Made by a program: the position numbers and the translations under genes. Of a DNA stretch of 36,914 nt, positions 17,644 through 27,865 are shown piece by piece. The notes beneath the pieces are model-generated. The model was not told the origin of the DNA, ran no database searches, and saw only the letters and a list, made by a program, of their open reading frames with translations. Each line of letters opens with the position of its first letter. Within the stretch, counting starts at the first letter, position 1. This DNA is from a virus (Duplodnaviria > Caudoviricetes): positions 1 to 36,914 of the IMG/VR virus record IMGVR_UViG_3300025018_000069; one strand, given 5' to 3'.

Positions 17644-18786
17644 ATGATAACCGCAGTTCGCTCAACAGGCAATGTAGTCTCAGGACGTAGAGTAGTAGAT
17701 ATGTCGAAGAAAATCGACGTTCTCGAACCTGACTCAGCCCCACTAACCCAATTAACCAAAAAAATGAAGAAACGCACTATTATCAATAGTGAGTTCAAAT
17801 GGATGGATGAGGAATCTCTCACCAAATACGACGCAATTAACTACGGCACAGGTTACACCGCAGGTGACACCACAATCGCAGTTGATACAGGCACAAAGTT
17901 CAGAGCAGGTGACGTTGTTAAAAATGTCGGTTCAAGTGAACAGATGTTAATAACAGCCGTGTCCACAAACAACTTAACCGTTCGACGTGGATGGGGTAGC
18001 ACAGCAGCTGGTGCCATGACTGACGACGATGTGCTGTTGGTTGTCGGTAACGCCAACGTAGAAGGTGCTACAAAGCGAGATATCAAAGTACAAGACCAGA
18101 CCGTGAGAACCAACTACGCTCAAATCTTCCGTACACCATTTGGTATCACTGACACCGCAAAGAACTCAGAGTTATACGGTGGACCAGACCTCAAACATCA
18201 ACGTAAAACCCAGATGATTGAACACCAAAAAGAAATGGAACGTGCATTCTGGTGGGGAGAACCAAAAGAGGATACCTCTAACGACTCACACCCACGTAGA
18301 GCCACAGGTGGTACAGACTACTGGATTTATACCAACGGTAAAGACGCATCAGGAGCAGCTACCCAGCTAGAGTTCAACGAATTCTTGCGAGTAGGTTTCC
18401 GATACGGTGGTCGAAAGAAATGGCTCTTCTCAGCACCTTTAATCACTGACGCAATCAGCTACTGGGCATCTGGTAAACTCCAGGTAACCCCATCGAGCAA
18501 AACCTTTGGTATTGCAGTAAGTCAATGGTTAACCGCTTTCGGAATGGTCAACATCGTAAATAGTAACCTCTTCTCAGAAGTTACGACCTACGCAGGATAC
18601 GCATACCTGATTGACCCAACTCAACCAGAGTATGTCCATCTCGCAAACAGAGACACTAGATTGAAGACAAACATTCAAGCTAATGACGCTGATGGTCAAG
18701 AAGACGAGTACCTCACAGAAGGTGGACTCAGATTCAACCAAGAGAAAAAAGGTTCCGTATTGTACGGTGTCACAAGTTACTCATAA
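17644..18786 (+). CDS. Major capsid protein (SU10/DUF5309-like, HK97 fold)
   Basis: PDSAPLT, FKWMDE, inserted domain (E.M.ITAV...LTVRRGWGST), NYAQIFRTP, EMERAFWWG, RATGG. Confidence 0.88.
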   Translation: MITAVRSTGNVVSGRRVVDMSKKIDVLEPDSAPLTQLTKKMKKRTIINSEFKWMDEESLTKYDAINYGTGYTAGDTTIAVDTGTKFRAGDVVKNVGSSEQMLITAVSTNNLTVRRGWGSTAAGAMTDDDVLLVVGNANVEGATKRDIKVQDQTVRTNYAQIFRTPFGITDTAKNSELYGGPDLKHQRKTQMIEHQKEMERAFWWGEPKEDTSNDSHPRRATGGTDYWIYTNGKDASGAATQLEFNEFLRVGFRYGGRKKWLFSAPLITDAISYWASGKLQVTPSSKTFGIAVSQWLTAFGMVNIVNSNLFSEVTTYAGYAYLIDPTQPEYVHLANRDTRLKTNIQANDADGQEDEYLTEGGLRFNQEKKGSVLYGVTSYS

Positions 18787-18812
18787 ACTGAGTAGCTAGC
18801 CTAAGAAACTAG

Positions 18813-18840
18813 GGGAGGAGAGCCTAAAAACTCTCCTCCC
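18813..18840 (+). terminator. Strong hairpin after the capsid gene (terminator or stabiliser)
   Basis: GGGAGGAGAG-cctaaaaa-CTCTCCTCCC, a 10-bp perfect stem; no U-tract on +. Confidence 0.6.
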
Positions 18841-18871
18841 ACCCAAAGCATATAAAGCAGAAGGAGACAAA

Positions 18872-19123
18872 ATGTCAAAAACAATTCACCCACGAAAAGC
18901 TAAGGCAATTCGATTAGGAGTGTACGAAGCACAAAAACCAGGAGCTGTAGTTGCTAGCGATATGCAACGAGACGCTGTCACTAAAGTAGCGGATAAAAGC
19001 AAAACCGAAGAAAAGACATCTGGAGTAGACAACAAAGTCAGCAAATCAAAAGCCAAGAAGAAGCCAGAAGCCCCAAAAACGGCGGATAAAAGCAAAGCTG
19101 ATGACAAGCCAAGCAAAAAGTAG
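18872..19123 (+). CDS. Lys-rich small protein
   Basis: AAGGAG RBS; ADKSK repeated. Confidence 0.7.
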   Translation: MSKTIHPRKAKAIRLGVYEAQKPGAVVASDMQRDAVTKVADKSKTEEKTSGVDNKVSKSKAKKKPEAPKTADKSKADDKPSKK

Positions 19124-19160
19124 TAAACTGAATCTATATAGCAAATAAAGGAGCAACCAA

Positions 19161-19520
19161 ATGAAATTCTTATCCACAAAATACAAAGAACTAATCGTAA
19201 CAGTAGACCCAAAGTCATTCGTCATTGACGGTGGCCAAAAAGTTACAAAAGGTCTTTTAGGGCTCTACCCAACTGGACTCTCAATCTATTTCAAGAAAAA
19301 CGAATTCGACACAAAAAGTCTCAGAATGACCTTCGGAGAAGAACAAAAATTGATTAAAATACTCAAAGCACATCCTAGTTATGGAACCAGCTTCGTAGCT
19401 GAAGACGTAGCAAAAGAAAAAGTTGAGCTAACTCCAGAGCAGAAGCAAGCTAAGGCAGACAAAGAAATTGCAGCCGCAACAGCAGCTGACACAAATCACG
19501 ACAAGCCGAAGAATAAGTAG
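19161..19520 (+). CDS. Hypothetical protein (virion module)
   Basis: AAGGAG RBS. Confidence 0.75.
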   Translation: MKFLSTKYKELIVTVDPKSFVIDGGQKVTKGLLGLYPTGLSIYFKKNEFDTKSLRMTFGEEQKLIKILKAHPSYGTSFVAEDVAKEKVELTPEQKQAKADKEIAAATAADTNHDKPKNK

Positions 19521-19522
19521 TA

Positions 19523-19552
19523 TTTACTTCCAAACAAAACATCTGTTATACT
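19523..19552 (+). promoter_or_regulatory. Putative sigma70-type promoter
   Basis: TTTACT-18 bp-TATACT with TG extension. Confidence 0.5.
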
Positions 19553-19557
19553 GAGAA

Positions 19558-19782
19558 TTAGAACAATTTTCGTATCAACTGTACCCCCAAAGCAATTAAG
19601 AGAGATAGTCCTGAAATTATGTAGAAGCCAACGGCAAAACCTACATACTCACTGTTATCTCCAGCATAAATCATTGATAGCAACTCTAAAAAGTTAACAG
19701 CTAAAATGATTAAAATAGGCAAAGCTGCCAGTCCAAAAAGAACAATGGCGGTCTTGTATAAAATAGAAAAGTATCGTCTCAT
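19558..19782 (-). CDS. Two-TM membrane protein on the opposite strand
   Basis: Fills an otherwise empty 290-nt gap; two hydrophobic helices with basic termini. Confidence 0.6.
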   Translation of the reverse strand: MRRYFSILYKTAIVLFGLAALPILIILAVNFLELLSMIYAGDNSEYVGFAVGFYIISGLSLLIALGVQLIRKLF

Positions 19783-19812
19783 GGTCGAGATGTTACCATA
19801 AGGAGAAAGATT

Positions 19813-21300
19813 ATGTCAATATTGTGGGACGCTATCAGACAGGGAGTAGGAGATACTGTAGACAGAGTATCGACGCCTTTTAAGAAAGTAGGACTTCCAG
19901 ACTTCGGTATTTCCGAGGCCATCGCAGGAGGACCAACTGTAAATACTGGCAAACAATTAGCTCCACAAGGCATGGCATCAGAGGCTCCAAACTCCTCACA
20001 GGCTCCAGGTGGAATCTACGACCAATCAGGAAACCAAATCGGTTCATCCAACACTTATCAAAGAGTAAATACCCAGACAACCCCAAGACCAGACAACGGT
20101 GGAGGCGGAGGTGGTGGTGGTACTGACAACGCACGATACAACGAACTCAAAGCTATCGCAGATAAAGGCGACCTTAACCCATCACAACGAACAGAATATG
20201 AGCAAATGATGGCCACCATCAATCAGGGTCAAGGAGACCAACAAGGTGCAGCTGAACGTGCTGCAGAAGCTCGCAGACAAGCAGCAATGGGCAAATACAA
20301 TGCTATGGCTAAAATTGCAGAGGGTGCAAAAGGAATGGCTAAAGAGTCATACGACTGGCTCGTAGATACCATTGGCTCAAACAAACAAGATTTACTTGGT
20401 AGGGTAGCAACTCAGGAGACACAAGGTCTAACTGACTACCAAATGCAGGAGGAAAAAACAGCCAAAGACTACGACAAAGCTAAACAAGAAATCCTATCAA
20501 CCTACAGAGACCTTCAAACACAGCAAGAAAAAATCATGCGTGGTGGTGGTATGAGTTCAAGCTCAAGAAGCCAAGAGGCACAGCTGAGACTCAGTAACTT
20601 ACTAGGAAAAGACCTCAGTACAGTCCGAACCAATGAAGCAGACTCATTGGCTATGATTGGTAATGCAGTAAGTAAGTTCAAAGACAACATTCGTCAGACT
20701 AACATTAGTATCGAAACAGAATCCACTCAAAAACTGGACAAAGCAGCTCTAGACTACAAGCAACAGATTCAAAACATTGATAACAACATGACACTAAGTG
20801 CAGCTGAAAGAGAAGAAGCTTACGCACAAGCAGAATCACAACTTGCATCAGATAGCCAGGCAATTACTCAATGGGCAACAGGACTTAAGGTCCAAGCACA
20901 GCAATTCCAAGCAGAACAAACGGCAAAACTCGACAACTTCGTCGCAGACATGCTTGATGAAAATGGAATGTTGAATAGCGGTCTAGAAGAAAAACGAGGC
21001 AAAACAAACGAAATGCTCACCGCAATGGGATACACTCCAATGGAAACCAACCCAACAGTTGACCAACCAGGAGTAGGTGTCTATCAAAAAGCCAACATGT
21101 CCTACAAGGATAAAGATTCTCTAGACGCAGCACTGCAGGCAGGAGAAATCACTCCAGCAGACTACCAACAGCAACTAAGACAGATTCAAAGTGCTGGACC
21201 AAGTATGTCGGTAGCATCGGCCAACCCAGTAGGAGCAGGAGTTACACCAAGAGGAATGTCGGCCACTAGAGACCCACTATTTAGTGCAATCACAGCCTAA
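19813..21300 (+). CDS. Putative DNA ejection (internal virion) protein
   Basis: AAGGAG RBS; Q/A/E-rich coiled coil with Gly-rich linker; adjacent to the giant protein. Confidence 0.65.
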   Translation: MSILWDAIRQGVGDTVDRVSTPFKKVGLPDFGISEAIAGGPTVNTGKQLAPQGMASEAPNSSQAPGGIYDQSGNQIGSSNTYQRVNTQTTPRPDNGGGGGGGGTDNARYNELKAIADKGDLNPSQRTEYEQMMATINQGQGDQQGAAERAAEARRQAAMGKYNAMAKIAEGAKGMAKESYDWLVDTIGSNKQDLLGRVATQETQGLTDYQMQEEKTAKDYDKAKQEILSTYRDLQTQQEKIMRGGGMSSSSRSQEAQLRLSNLLGKDLSTVRTNEADSLAMIGNAVSKFKDNIRQTNISIETESTQKLDKAALDYKQQIQNIDNNMTLSAAEREEAYAQAESQLASDSQAITQWATGLKVQAQQFQAEQTAKLDNFVADMLDENGMLNSGLEEKRGKTNEMLTAMGYTPMETNPTVDQPGVGVYQKANMSYKDKDSLDAALQAGEITPADYQQQLRQIQSAGPSMSVASANPVGAGVTPRGMSATRDPLFSAITA

Positions 21301-21337
21301 TATTGTGGTCGTAGTCTAAACGGCTTACAATAGGATT

Positions 21338-24300
21338 ATGGCAAAAGATTACTTAAAAAGCGTACTCGGTCTATTCGACAACGCAAAAGAACTAGCAAGA
21401 CAAAAAGCTGAAGAAGCACGAAGAAGGGCAGCAGAAGCAGCTCGTCAAAGGGCTCAACAGGCTCAAAGTTTTGTACGCTCAATCCCCCAAAAAGCAAGAG
21501 ATTTCAACGAAGTAACTGCCGACGAGAGAAATGCGGGTAGAAACAAGCTTATCAACATGGGATTCAAACCCAGTAAACCAGCAGCAACTCAGGGAATTAA
21601 GATAACCGACGCCATCAAAGACACATCAAAAAATGTAGCCAACGACTTTGGAAACTTCTTCAGAAACAGCAACTTCGGCGGTAAAAGAGTCCAACCAGTA
21701 ATGAACATGGTCGGAAACACAGCAGAAGCAATAGGCTCTGGTGTGAGTGGGGCAGCCATGAACGTCATGAACCTAGCCGAAAAGCCAACAGCAACAAACC
21801 TAGTAAGACAGGGAGCAGGACTCGTTTACAACGTAGCCAAGCCAATCGCAGCATCAACACCATTCTTCACAGCAGCTAACATAGCCACACAGACACCACA
21901 AGGAGGCAAACTAGACCCAGTCGCTAGAATATCAGCAGGACTACTGCGTGGACAAACAGGAGTGAAAACACTAGCACCTGACGTTGAGGAGAGAAAACAA
22001 AACTTCTTTGGAATGGAGTTCGACCCAGCAACAGCAGGTGGAGAAATGCTCGGATTCGTCAAAAACCCAGTAAATAAGAAACTATTCTCAGCAACAGAGG
22101 CGATAAGCCCAAAATGGTTCCTCAGAGCATCTGGAAGCCCAGCAGCCCAACAAGCACTCGGTAAAATACAAAACTTCCTATCCAAGAATGCAGTCCGTGG
22201 AAGTATTGAAGACATTATGATGTCCCTCGACGAATTACCAGAAGACGCATCGCTACAAGAACAAGCAAAATACCTCGCTGAAAAAGGATTGTGGGGTGCA
22301 ATAGCAGAAAACGTAGGACAAGGCTTTTTCAAAGGCTCTGAGTCGGTAGTAAAGGGTGCTAGCGAAGTAGCAACCAAAGGATTAGACAAAATCGACTTCA
22401 AACCAGCAGTTGAGTTCCTTGAAAACATAAACTTACTCAGAAAAACCACAGGAGAGACTCCTGAGCTACCAACTAAAACAAAAGGACCACGCTCAGCAGA
22501 AGACATCATTCGTGACGCACAAGGTAGATTCTCAGTCAAAGGTGCAGAACCACAAATGAGCCGTGTCGAAATGCTGGCCAGAGACCCAAATACAAATCTC
22601 GCAGAACTCTCAGCCCCAATGAGAAAACAAGTAAACGATTTCAGGTTCACAGAAATGGGAATCAGTGCAGGTGGCAAGCTTCCAGGAGTAGGTGAACTAG
22701 TTGAACGTCCAGATGGCACTGGAATGGAACAAAAAGCTAGAAGCAGACTCAACCAACCAGCACAAGCAGCCTACGGATTCGCAGGTGGTATAGAGCCTGT
22801 GTACGACGAAAACGGCAAACCAACAGGAGAAGTGAGATACAACGCCGAAAAAGGCATGGCAGGATTCTTTGCAGCTGGAGCGTTGCAGAGTAAAGCAGGA
22901 AAAAACATCATTGAAGAAGGTCTCCAAGCACTCGGTAAAAACGCAGAAGACTTCAAACTAGAGACAAAAACACCGACAGAAGCACCTCAAAAATACTACA
23001 GAGTAGTGGCAGGAGACGCAGTTGATTCAGTTAAAGCCAACGGACTAGATGGAGACGCAAAAGCTGCATACAACATCGCTCAGGGTCCAAAAGAAGGAAA
23101 TCTAAACTATTTCAACACCAAAGAGGAAGCACTGAACTACGCTAGAGCAAACCACTTCCAAGACAGCAAGGTAGCACTAGTTGAAGTAGATGCCCCAAAA
23201 ACAGGCGATACTACAGCACTAGGTGGTACATCAATTCCAAAATCTGAAAGTAAAATAACCGCAATAACAGACTTGACTCCAGAAAAAAACGAGTTTGGTG
23301 GTGTTACTGGAATGAAAGAAACACAATCAACACCTGTCCAGGAAGCTCCAGAAGCCATAATTCAGACAGCTAGAGAGCAAATCAGCAAGATTCCAAACAA
23401 ACCAGAAGTAAGTTGGAGAGAAGCAGCTGACAAGTTTTATACCCAATGGGTAGACAGATTCCACCCAATTGAAAAAGCAGCAAAAGCAGTCGAAGGAAGC
23501 CTAAAAGACCAAAACGCCTCACTCAGACCAGAAAACAATCCAAAATACCAAATCAGACGATTCTTGGGAGTTGGTGGTATTGCAGAAGCAAAGTTCAAAG
23601 AGGGAGTAGAGCCAGTACTTAAACAACTTGATGAGCAAGGAATCGATAAGATTGACATGGATGCATACCTAAAAGCACGTAGAGACGCAGGATTCGGCAC
23701 AGTTGGCCGTGATATCAAAGGCTCTGACCCAGTGAAAGCCCAAGCAACAATAGCCGCTTTTGAGGCAAAATACGGACCAGAAAAGCTACAAGCAGTCGCA
23801 ACACAACTCTATGACCACCAGAACAAGCTATTTGACGAACTCGTCGATGCAGGATTCATGAAAAGAGATGTTGCTGAAAGAATCAGGGCGGCTAACCCAG
23901 ACTATGTACCATTCGAGCGTGTCATGGATGACGAAGTACTCGAAGACTACCTGGGAATACCAACGAAAAAAGTGGTGCAAGGCAGCAAGCCAGTAGACAA
24001 ACGCATTGAGGGCTCAGAGCGAGATATCTACAGTCCAATCGAATCGATAATCGCCAACACATACAAATACACAGCAGCCGTAGAGAAAAACAAGGTAGCC
24101 CAATCAGTCATTGGTCTAAAAGAAATCATGCCAGAAATAGGCTTCAGACAAGCTAGTGAAGCTGGTCCAGGAACAATCCCAGTATGGGTAGATGGAGCAA
24201 AACAGCACGTAGAAGTCGGAAAAGACATCGCTGAAGCAGCCAAAGGATTGAACGAGGAGAGTATGAACGTGGTACTCAAAGTACTACAGTGGCCAGCAAA

Positions 24301-26533
24301 AATACTCCGCTCAGGAGCAACAGGCCAAAATCCAGAGTTTATGCTACCAAACATAGGCCGTGACCAGTTCGAAGCAGCATTGTTCAGCAACTACGGATAC
24401 AAGCCATTCTTAGACTACTTCAGAGGCTTAGGACACATAATGCGTAAAGACATCACAGGAAGCGATGAGGTCGTGGATAGGTGGATGAAATCAGGTGCAA
24501 GCCAAGACCTAACGAGCATGAGTGGCCGACAAAGCATTGAAAACTTCTTCAGCCAAAACAAAACCAAAAGAAAATCGATATTCGGATACATGGGAGACCT
24601 ACTAAACTTCATGGGTAGATACTCAGAACAACCAACACGTGTAGGCCTGTTTGATAGAGCATATAAAGCCACAGGAAACGAACGATTAGCCATGTTTGAG
24701 TCAAGAGACGCCACCCTAGACTTCTCACGTATGGGAAACAAAATGCAGGTAGCCAACAGTATTGTGCCATTCTTAAACGTCGGTATTCAGGGATTTGACA
24801 AGCTCGTCAGACAAATCAAAACCAAACCAGCAGTAACCATGGCTAAAATGGGAATCTACGCCCTAGCACCACAGGCAGCAGCTACGATGTACAACCTAAC
24901 AAACTTCCAGGAAGAATACAACGAAATTGACCAGTGGGTGAAAGATACCAACATAGTGCTCGTAAAAGGCAGAAATGAGAAGGGAACAGTGGATTACATC
25001 ACATTCCCCAAAGCAAACTCAATGCAGCCGTTTATGAACCCACTAGACAACTTCTTGTCATACATGGCAGGAAACGACACGGAAACATTCCAAAGACTAG
25101 CAACCAGCTTAATATCCAACACACTCCCAGTTGTTGAAGGTGGAAGCACCCTAAAAGAGGTCGGTGTACACACCATCGGAAAACTGATGCCACAAGCTGG
25201 AAAACCACTAGCAGAGAACCTAATAAACAAATCATTCTTCAAATACAACAGCGACAAAGATGAAGCTAAAGAAATTGTGCCATACTACCTCAAGGATAAA
25301 GCTCCAGGAGACCAGTCGTTCAAATACACGCCAGCAGCATACAAAGCAGCAGGTAAACTACTAAACGTAAGCCCTCTACAGATTCAAAACCTCGCAGAAG
25401 GATACTTTGCAGGATACGCCAAACTACCAGTACAATTCATTGACTTCATGAAAAAAACCAGCGAAGGCGAGGAAATATCACCAAATGACGTAAGTATTAT
25501 GAGAAGGTTTGTAAGAGAAACATACCCATCAGGAAACACATCGGTCAAAAAACAACAAGCAGCAGAGACACCACTCATCGGCCAAGCTAATGCAGCAGAA
25601 AACATTCCAGTCGCCCCACAAACAGCTCTGAATGGTGAGAAGGACACAGATATTCCCAACAACGAAACTGACGAGCGAAACTGGTTCCAAAAGATGTTTA
25701 ACATAACCCCAGGAGGTAAAGACTCAGCTCCACAGGGAGTAGTAATCCCAGATAACGACAAAGAGTTGGAAGTAGTATACAAAGAAGCAAAATCAACCCT
25801 AGACGGCTACGATGACCAAATGACCAAATATAAGTATGGCCAGTACGAGAATGTAGAGCAGAAAATTGCTGACCTCGAAGAAGAAAAAGCCTTCGCAGAA
25901 CAAATAATGGCAGAGATAGACAGTAAATATCCCGAAAAAATATCAAACATGGAGCTAAAAACATACGTCTCAGGAGCAGGAGCAAACGTCGATGAACGAG
26001 CAGAGTGGGCATACAACAGCATCAAGAAGCTAGCTGAAGCAGGCGATACTGATAAAGTAACTGCTTTCATTGACAAACTCTGGGACGAAAAGGTCCTAAC
26101 GAGTGGAAGCAAGGGTGTTGCAGCCAAAATCCTCGACGAGTACGGAATCAATGTCTATGAATACGGTAAAGACACAAAAACCAGCAAAGACCCAAGTAAA
26201 AAGAGCAGCTCAGCAGCTTCTAAAAAAGCAGCGACAGAAAAAAAGAAACTGATGGACGCATTCTTCAAAAATGTGCAAAAACAGCCAAAACTAGGTGGAA
26301 ACTTCCAACTGCCACAAACACAGGTAAACTGGGGAAACACAAGCATGACAGCCCCAATAAACGAGGCAGACGCACAATTTAGCACTAAGGTCCCAACAGC
26401 ACCGACTCAAATGGAACAATTCTTCCAACCAAAACAGGGTAAAACTAGCTTCGCAGAAGCACAAGAAGTAGTCGACTCGGTAAGAGGTAGAACAGCTGGA
26501 GACAGCCGTTTGAAATTGAGATATAGTAGATAG
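21338..26533 (+). CDS. Large polyvalent ejection protein with LPD38-like region and a possible ART-like domain
   Basis: 1731 aa; YVPFER, LRSGATGQNPEF, RDATLDFSRMG, VPFLNVGIQG, EEYNEIDQWVK, PLAENLINKSFF motifs recalled from LPD38-containing proteins. Confidence 0.75.
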   Translation: MAKDYLKSVLGLFDNAKELARQKAEEARRRAAEAARQRAQQAQSFVRSIPQKARDFNEVTADERNAGRNKLINMGFKPSKPAATQGIKITDAIKDTSKNVANDFGNFFRNSNFGGKRVQPVMNMVGNTAEAIGSGVSGAAMNVMNLAEKPTATNLVRQGAGLVYNVAKPIAASTPFFTAANIATQTPQGGKLDPVARISAGLLRGQTGVKTLAPDVEERKQNFFGMEFDPATAGGEMLGFVKNPVNKKLFSATEAISPKWFLRASGSPAAQQALGKIQNFLSKNAVRGSIEDIMMSLDELPEDASLQEQAKYLAEKGLWGAIAENVGQGFFKGSESVVKGASEVATKGLDKIDFKPAVEFLENINLLRKTTGETPELPTKTKGPRSAEDIIRDAQGRFSVKGAEPQMSRVEMLARDPNTNLAELSAPMRKQVNDFRFTEMGISAGGKLPGVGELVERPDGTGMEQKARSRLNQPAQAAYGFAGGIEPVYDENGKPTGEVRYNAEKGMAGFFAAGALQSKAGKNIIEEGLQALGKNAEDFKLETKTPTEAPQKYYRVVAGDAVDSVKANGLDGDAKAAYNIAQGPKEGNLNYFNTKEEALNYARANHFQDSKVALVEVDAPKTGDTTALGGTSIPKSESKITAITDLTPEKNEFGGVTGMKETQSTPVQEAPEAIIQTAREQISKIPNKPEVSWREAADKFYTQWVDRFHPIEKAAKAVEGSLKDQNASLRPENNPKYQIRRFLGVGGIAEAKFKEGVEPVLKQLDEQGIDKIDMDAYLKARRDAGFGTVGRDIKGSDPVKAQATIAAFEAKYGPEKLQAVATQLYDHQNKLFDELVDAGFMKRDVAERIRAANPDYVPFERVMDDEVLEDYLGIPTKKVVQGSKPVDKRIEGSERDIYSPIESIIANTYKYTAAVEKNKVAQSVIGLKEIMPEIGFRQASEAGPGTIPVWVDGAKQHVEVGKDIAEAAKGLNEESMNVVLKVLQWPAKILRSGATGQNPEFMLPNIGRDQFEAALFSNYGYKPFLDYFRGLGHIMRKDITGSDEVVDRWMKSGASQDLTSMSGRQSIENFFSQNKTKRKSIFGYMGDLLNFMGRYSEQPTRVGLFDRAYKATGNERLAMFESRDATLDFSRMGNKMQVANSIVPFLNVGIQGFDKLVRQIKTKPAVTMAKMGIYALAPQAAATMYNLTNFQEEYNEIDQWVKDTNIVLVKGRNEKGTVDYITFPKANSMQPFMNPLDNFLSYMAGNDTETFQRLATSLISNTLPVVEGGSTLKEVGVHTIGKLMPQAGKPLAENLINKSFFKYNSDKDEAKEIVPYYLKDKAPGDQSFKYTPAAYKAAGKLLNVSPLQIQNLAEGYFAGYAKLPVQFIDFMKKTSEGEEISPNDVSIMRRFVRETYPSGNTSVKKQQAAETPLIGQANAAENIPVAPQTALNGEKDTDIPNNETDERNWFQKMFNITPGGKDSAPQGVVIPDNDKELEVVYKEAKSTLDGYDDQMTKYKYGQYENVEQKIADLEEEKAFAEQIMAEIDSKYPEKISNMELKTYVSGAGANVDERAEWAYNSIKKLAEAGDTDKVTAFIDKLWDEKVLTSGSKGVAAKILDEYGINVYEYGKDTKTSKDPSKKSSSAASKKAATEKKKLMDAFFKNVQKQPKLGGNFQLPQTQVNWGNTSMTAPINEADAQFSTKVPTAPTQMEQFFQPKQGKTSFAEAQEVVDSVRGRTAGDSRLKLRYSR

Positions 26534-26534
26534 C

Positions 26535-27167
26535 ATGAATCCAAAAGTACTGATAGCGATGCCAACTAGAGCATACGTGCATGCAAGAACAATGACCACA
26601 GTATTCTCACTCACGGCAACACCAGGAGTGAGTCTAGCACTAGCAACGCAGTTAGGGTCAACAGTAGCAGCACAACGAAATAAGCTGGCAAAACTAGCTA
26701 TAGAGAGAGACGACGACTACATACTATTTGTAGACAGCGACTCAGAGTTCGGAGCAGACGCACTGGATAAAATGCTAAAGCTGGATAAAGACATCGTAGG
26801 GCTGATATACGCAAGAACGAGCGAACCATACGAGCCAAATATATCGGAGCTTGTTAAAAAAGATGGTAGAACTGCTATAATGGTTCCAAAGCAATTTAGC
26901 AGAAAAAGACCGTTCAAAGTGTTCTCGATAGGAACAGGAACAATGCTAATTAAGGTATCCGTCCTAAAGGCATTGGCAGACAAACTCGAAGAAGAATGGT
27001 TCAGGTTTACGAGAGTAGAAGGTGTGAAAGCAGGAGAAGACACATACTTTTGCTATCAGGCAGGAAAAGAAGGTTTTGAAGTCTGGGCAGACCCAACAAT
27101 CGAAACCAAACACTGGGACAATTACGGATTCAGTCTCGCAGAATACGACGCAATCAACGGCAACTAA
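26535..27167 (+). CDS. Glycosyltransferase family 2 (GT-A fold)
   Basis: KVLIAMPT, RNKL, YILFVDSD (DxD), IGTGTMLIK, GEDTYFC, VWADP...H. Confidence 0.85.
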   Translation: MNPKVLIAMPTRAYVHARTMTTVFSLTATPGVSLALATQLGSTVAAQRNKLAKLAIERDDDYILFVDSDSEFGADALDKMLKLDKDIVGLIYARTSEPYEPNISELVKKDGRTAIMVPKQFSRKRPFKVFSIGTGTMLIKVSVLKALADKLEEEWFRFTRVEGVKAGEDTYFCYQAGKEGFEVWADPTIETKHWDNYGFSLAEYDAINGN

Positions 27168-27205
27168 TAGTACCCCAAAGCAAGCAGTAATAAAAAGGAG
27201 CTATT

Positions 27206-27865
27206 ATGATAACCCTCACACAGGGTCTTGCCGACACAAGTAAAGAGCTAGGCGAGTCAACCACAAATACCAGTGCAAGAAGAATCCAGCACTACAACGA
27301 CGCAATTCAAGAGTTCTCAAACGAAAGAAAATGGAAGTTTTTAGTTAAAGAAGATACCAGTCTAGTTACTGGAGTGGACAATGCTGCCATCGACATAACA
27401 GGCATAGACGACATGCGTATGCCTGGAGGTATCAAAGAAATCACCGTTGATGGATACACAGACCCATTCCTCCCAGTAAACTTTGAGGATAGATTTGTAG
27501 AATCAAGCAAAAATAGGTTTTATATCACCCCAGACGAACAATCACTCAAGTTCACAAAAGAACTAAATTCAGGAGAGACGCTAGACATGTGGTACTGGTA
27601 CATCCCAGAGAGAATTGACGACACAGCTAGTGAAGAATCATTCCCAATTCCAGCAAGATACCGAAAAGCAATAGGAACCCTATCAGCAGCATTCGTGCAG
27701 TACAGTAGATACCTAGATGGTCCAGGAAGTCGACTGATTAACTTTTACAACGTACTACTGGAAAAAGCCGAACTCAACCAGTCTGAGAAGAACTCAGGCA
27801 CACCAAATAGAATCCCAAATCCAATGGCATGGAGGGGTCCGATAAGAAGGGGTAGAAGACGATAA
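27206..27865 (+). CDS. Head-tail adaptor (tail tubular A-like)
   Basis: Size and position; N-terminal helices followed by WKFL; TAATG-coupled to the nozzle gene. Confidence 0.65.
   Translation: MITLTQGLADTSKELGESTTNTSARRIQHYNDAIQEFSNERKWKFLVKEDTSLVTGVDNAAIDITGIDDMRMPGGIKEITVDGYTDPFLPVNFEDRFVESSKNRFYITPDEQSLKFTKELNSGETLDMWYWYIPERIDDTASEESFPIPARYRKAIGTLSAAFVQYSRYLDGPGSRLINFYNVLLEKAELNQSEKNSGTPNRIPNPMAWRGPIRRGRRR

Noticed and set aside
18989-19096. 15-nt repeat GCGGATAAAAGCAAA
   Set aside because: Simple in-frame ADKSK peptide duplication in a Lys-rich protein
20098-20121. GGN run as a G-quadruplex or regulatory repeat
   Set aside because: Encodes a poly-Gly linker in a structural protein
19781-21340. 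Shared TGGTCG...TTAC.ATA.G...GATTATG upstream of the two ejection genes
   Set aside because: Only two copies with unequal spacing; explainable by -10 and RBS elements or chance
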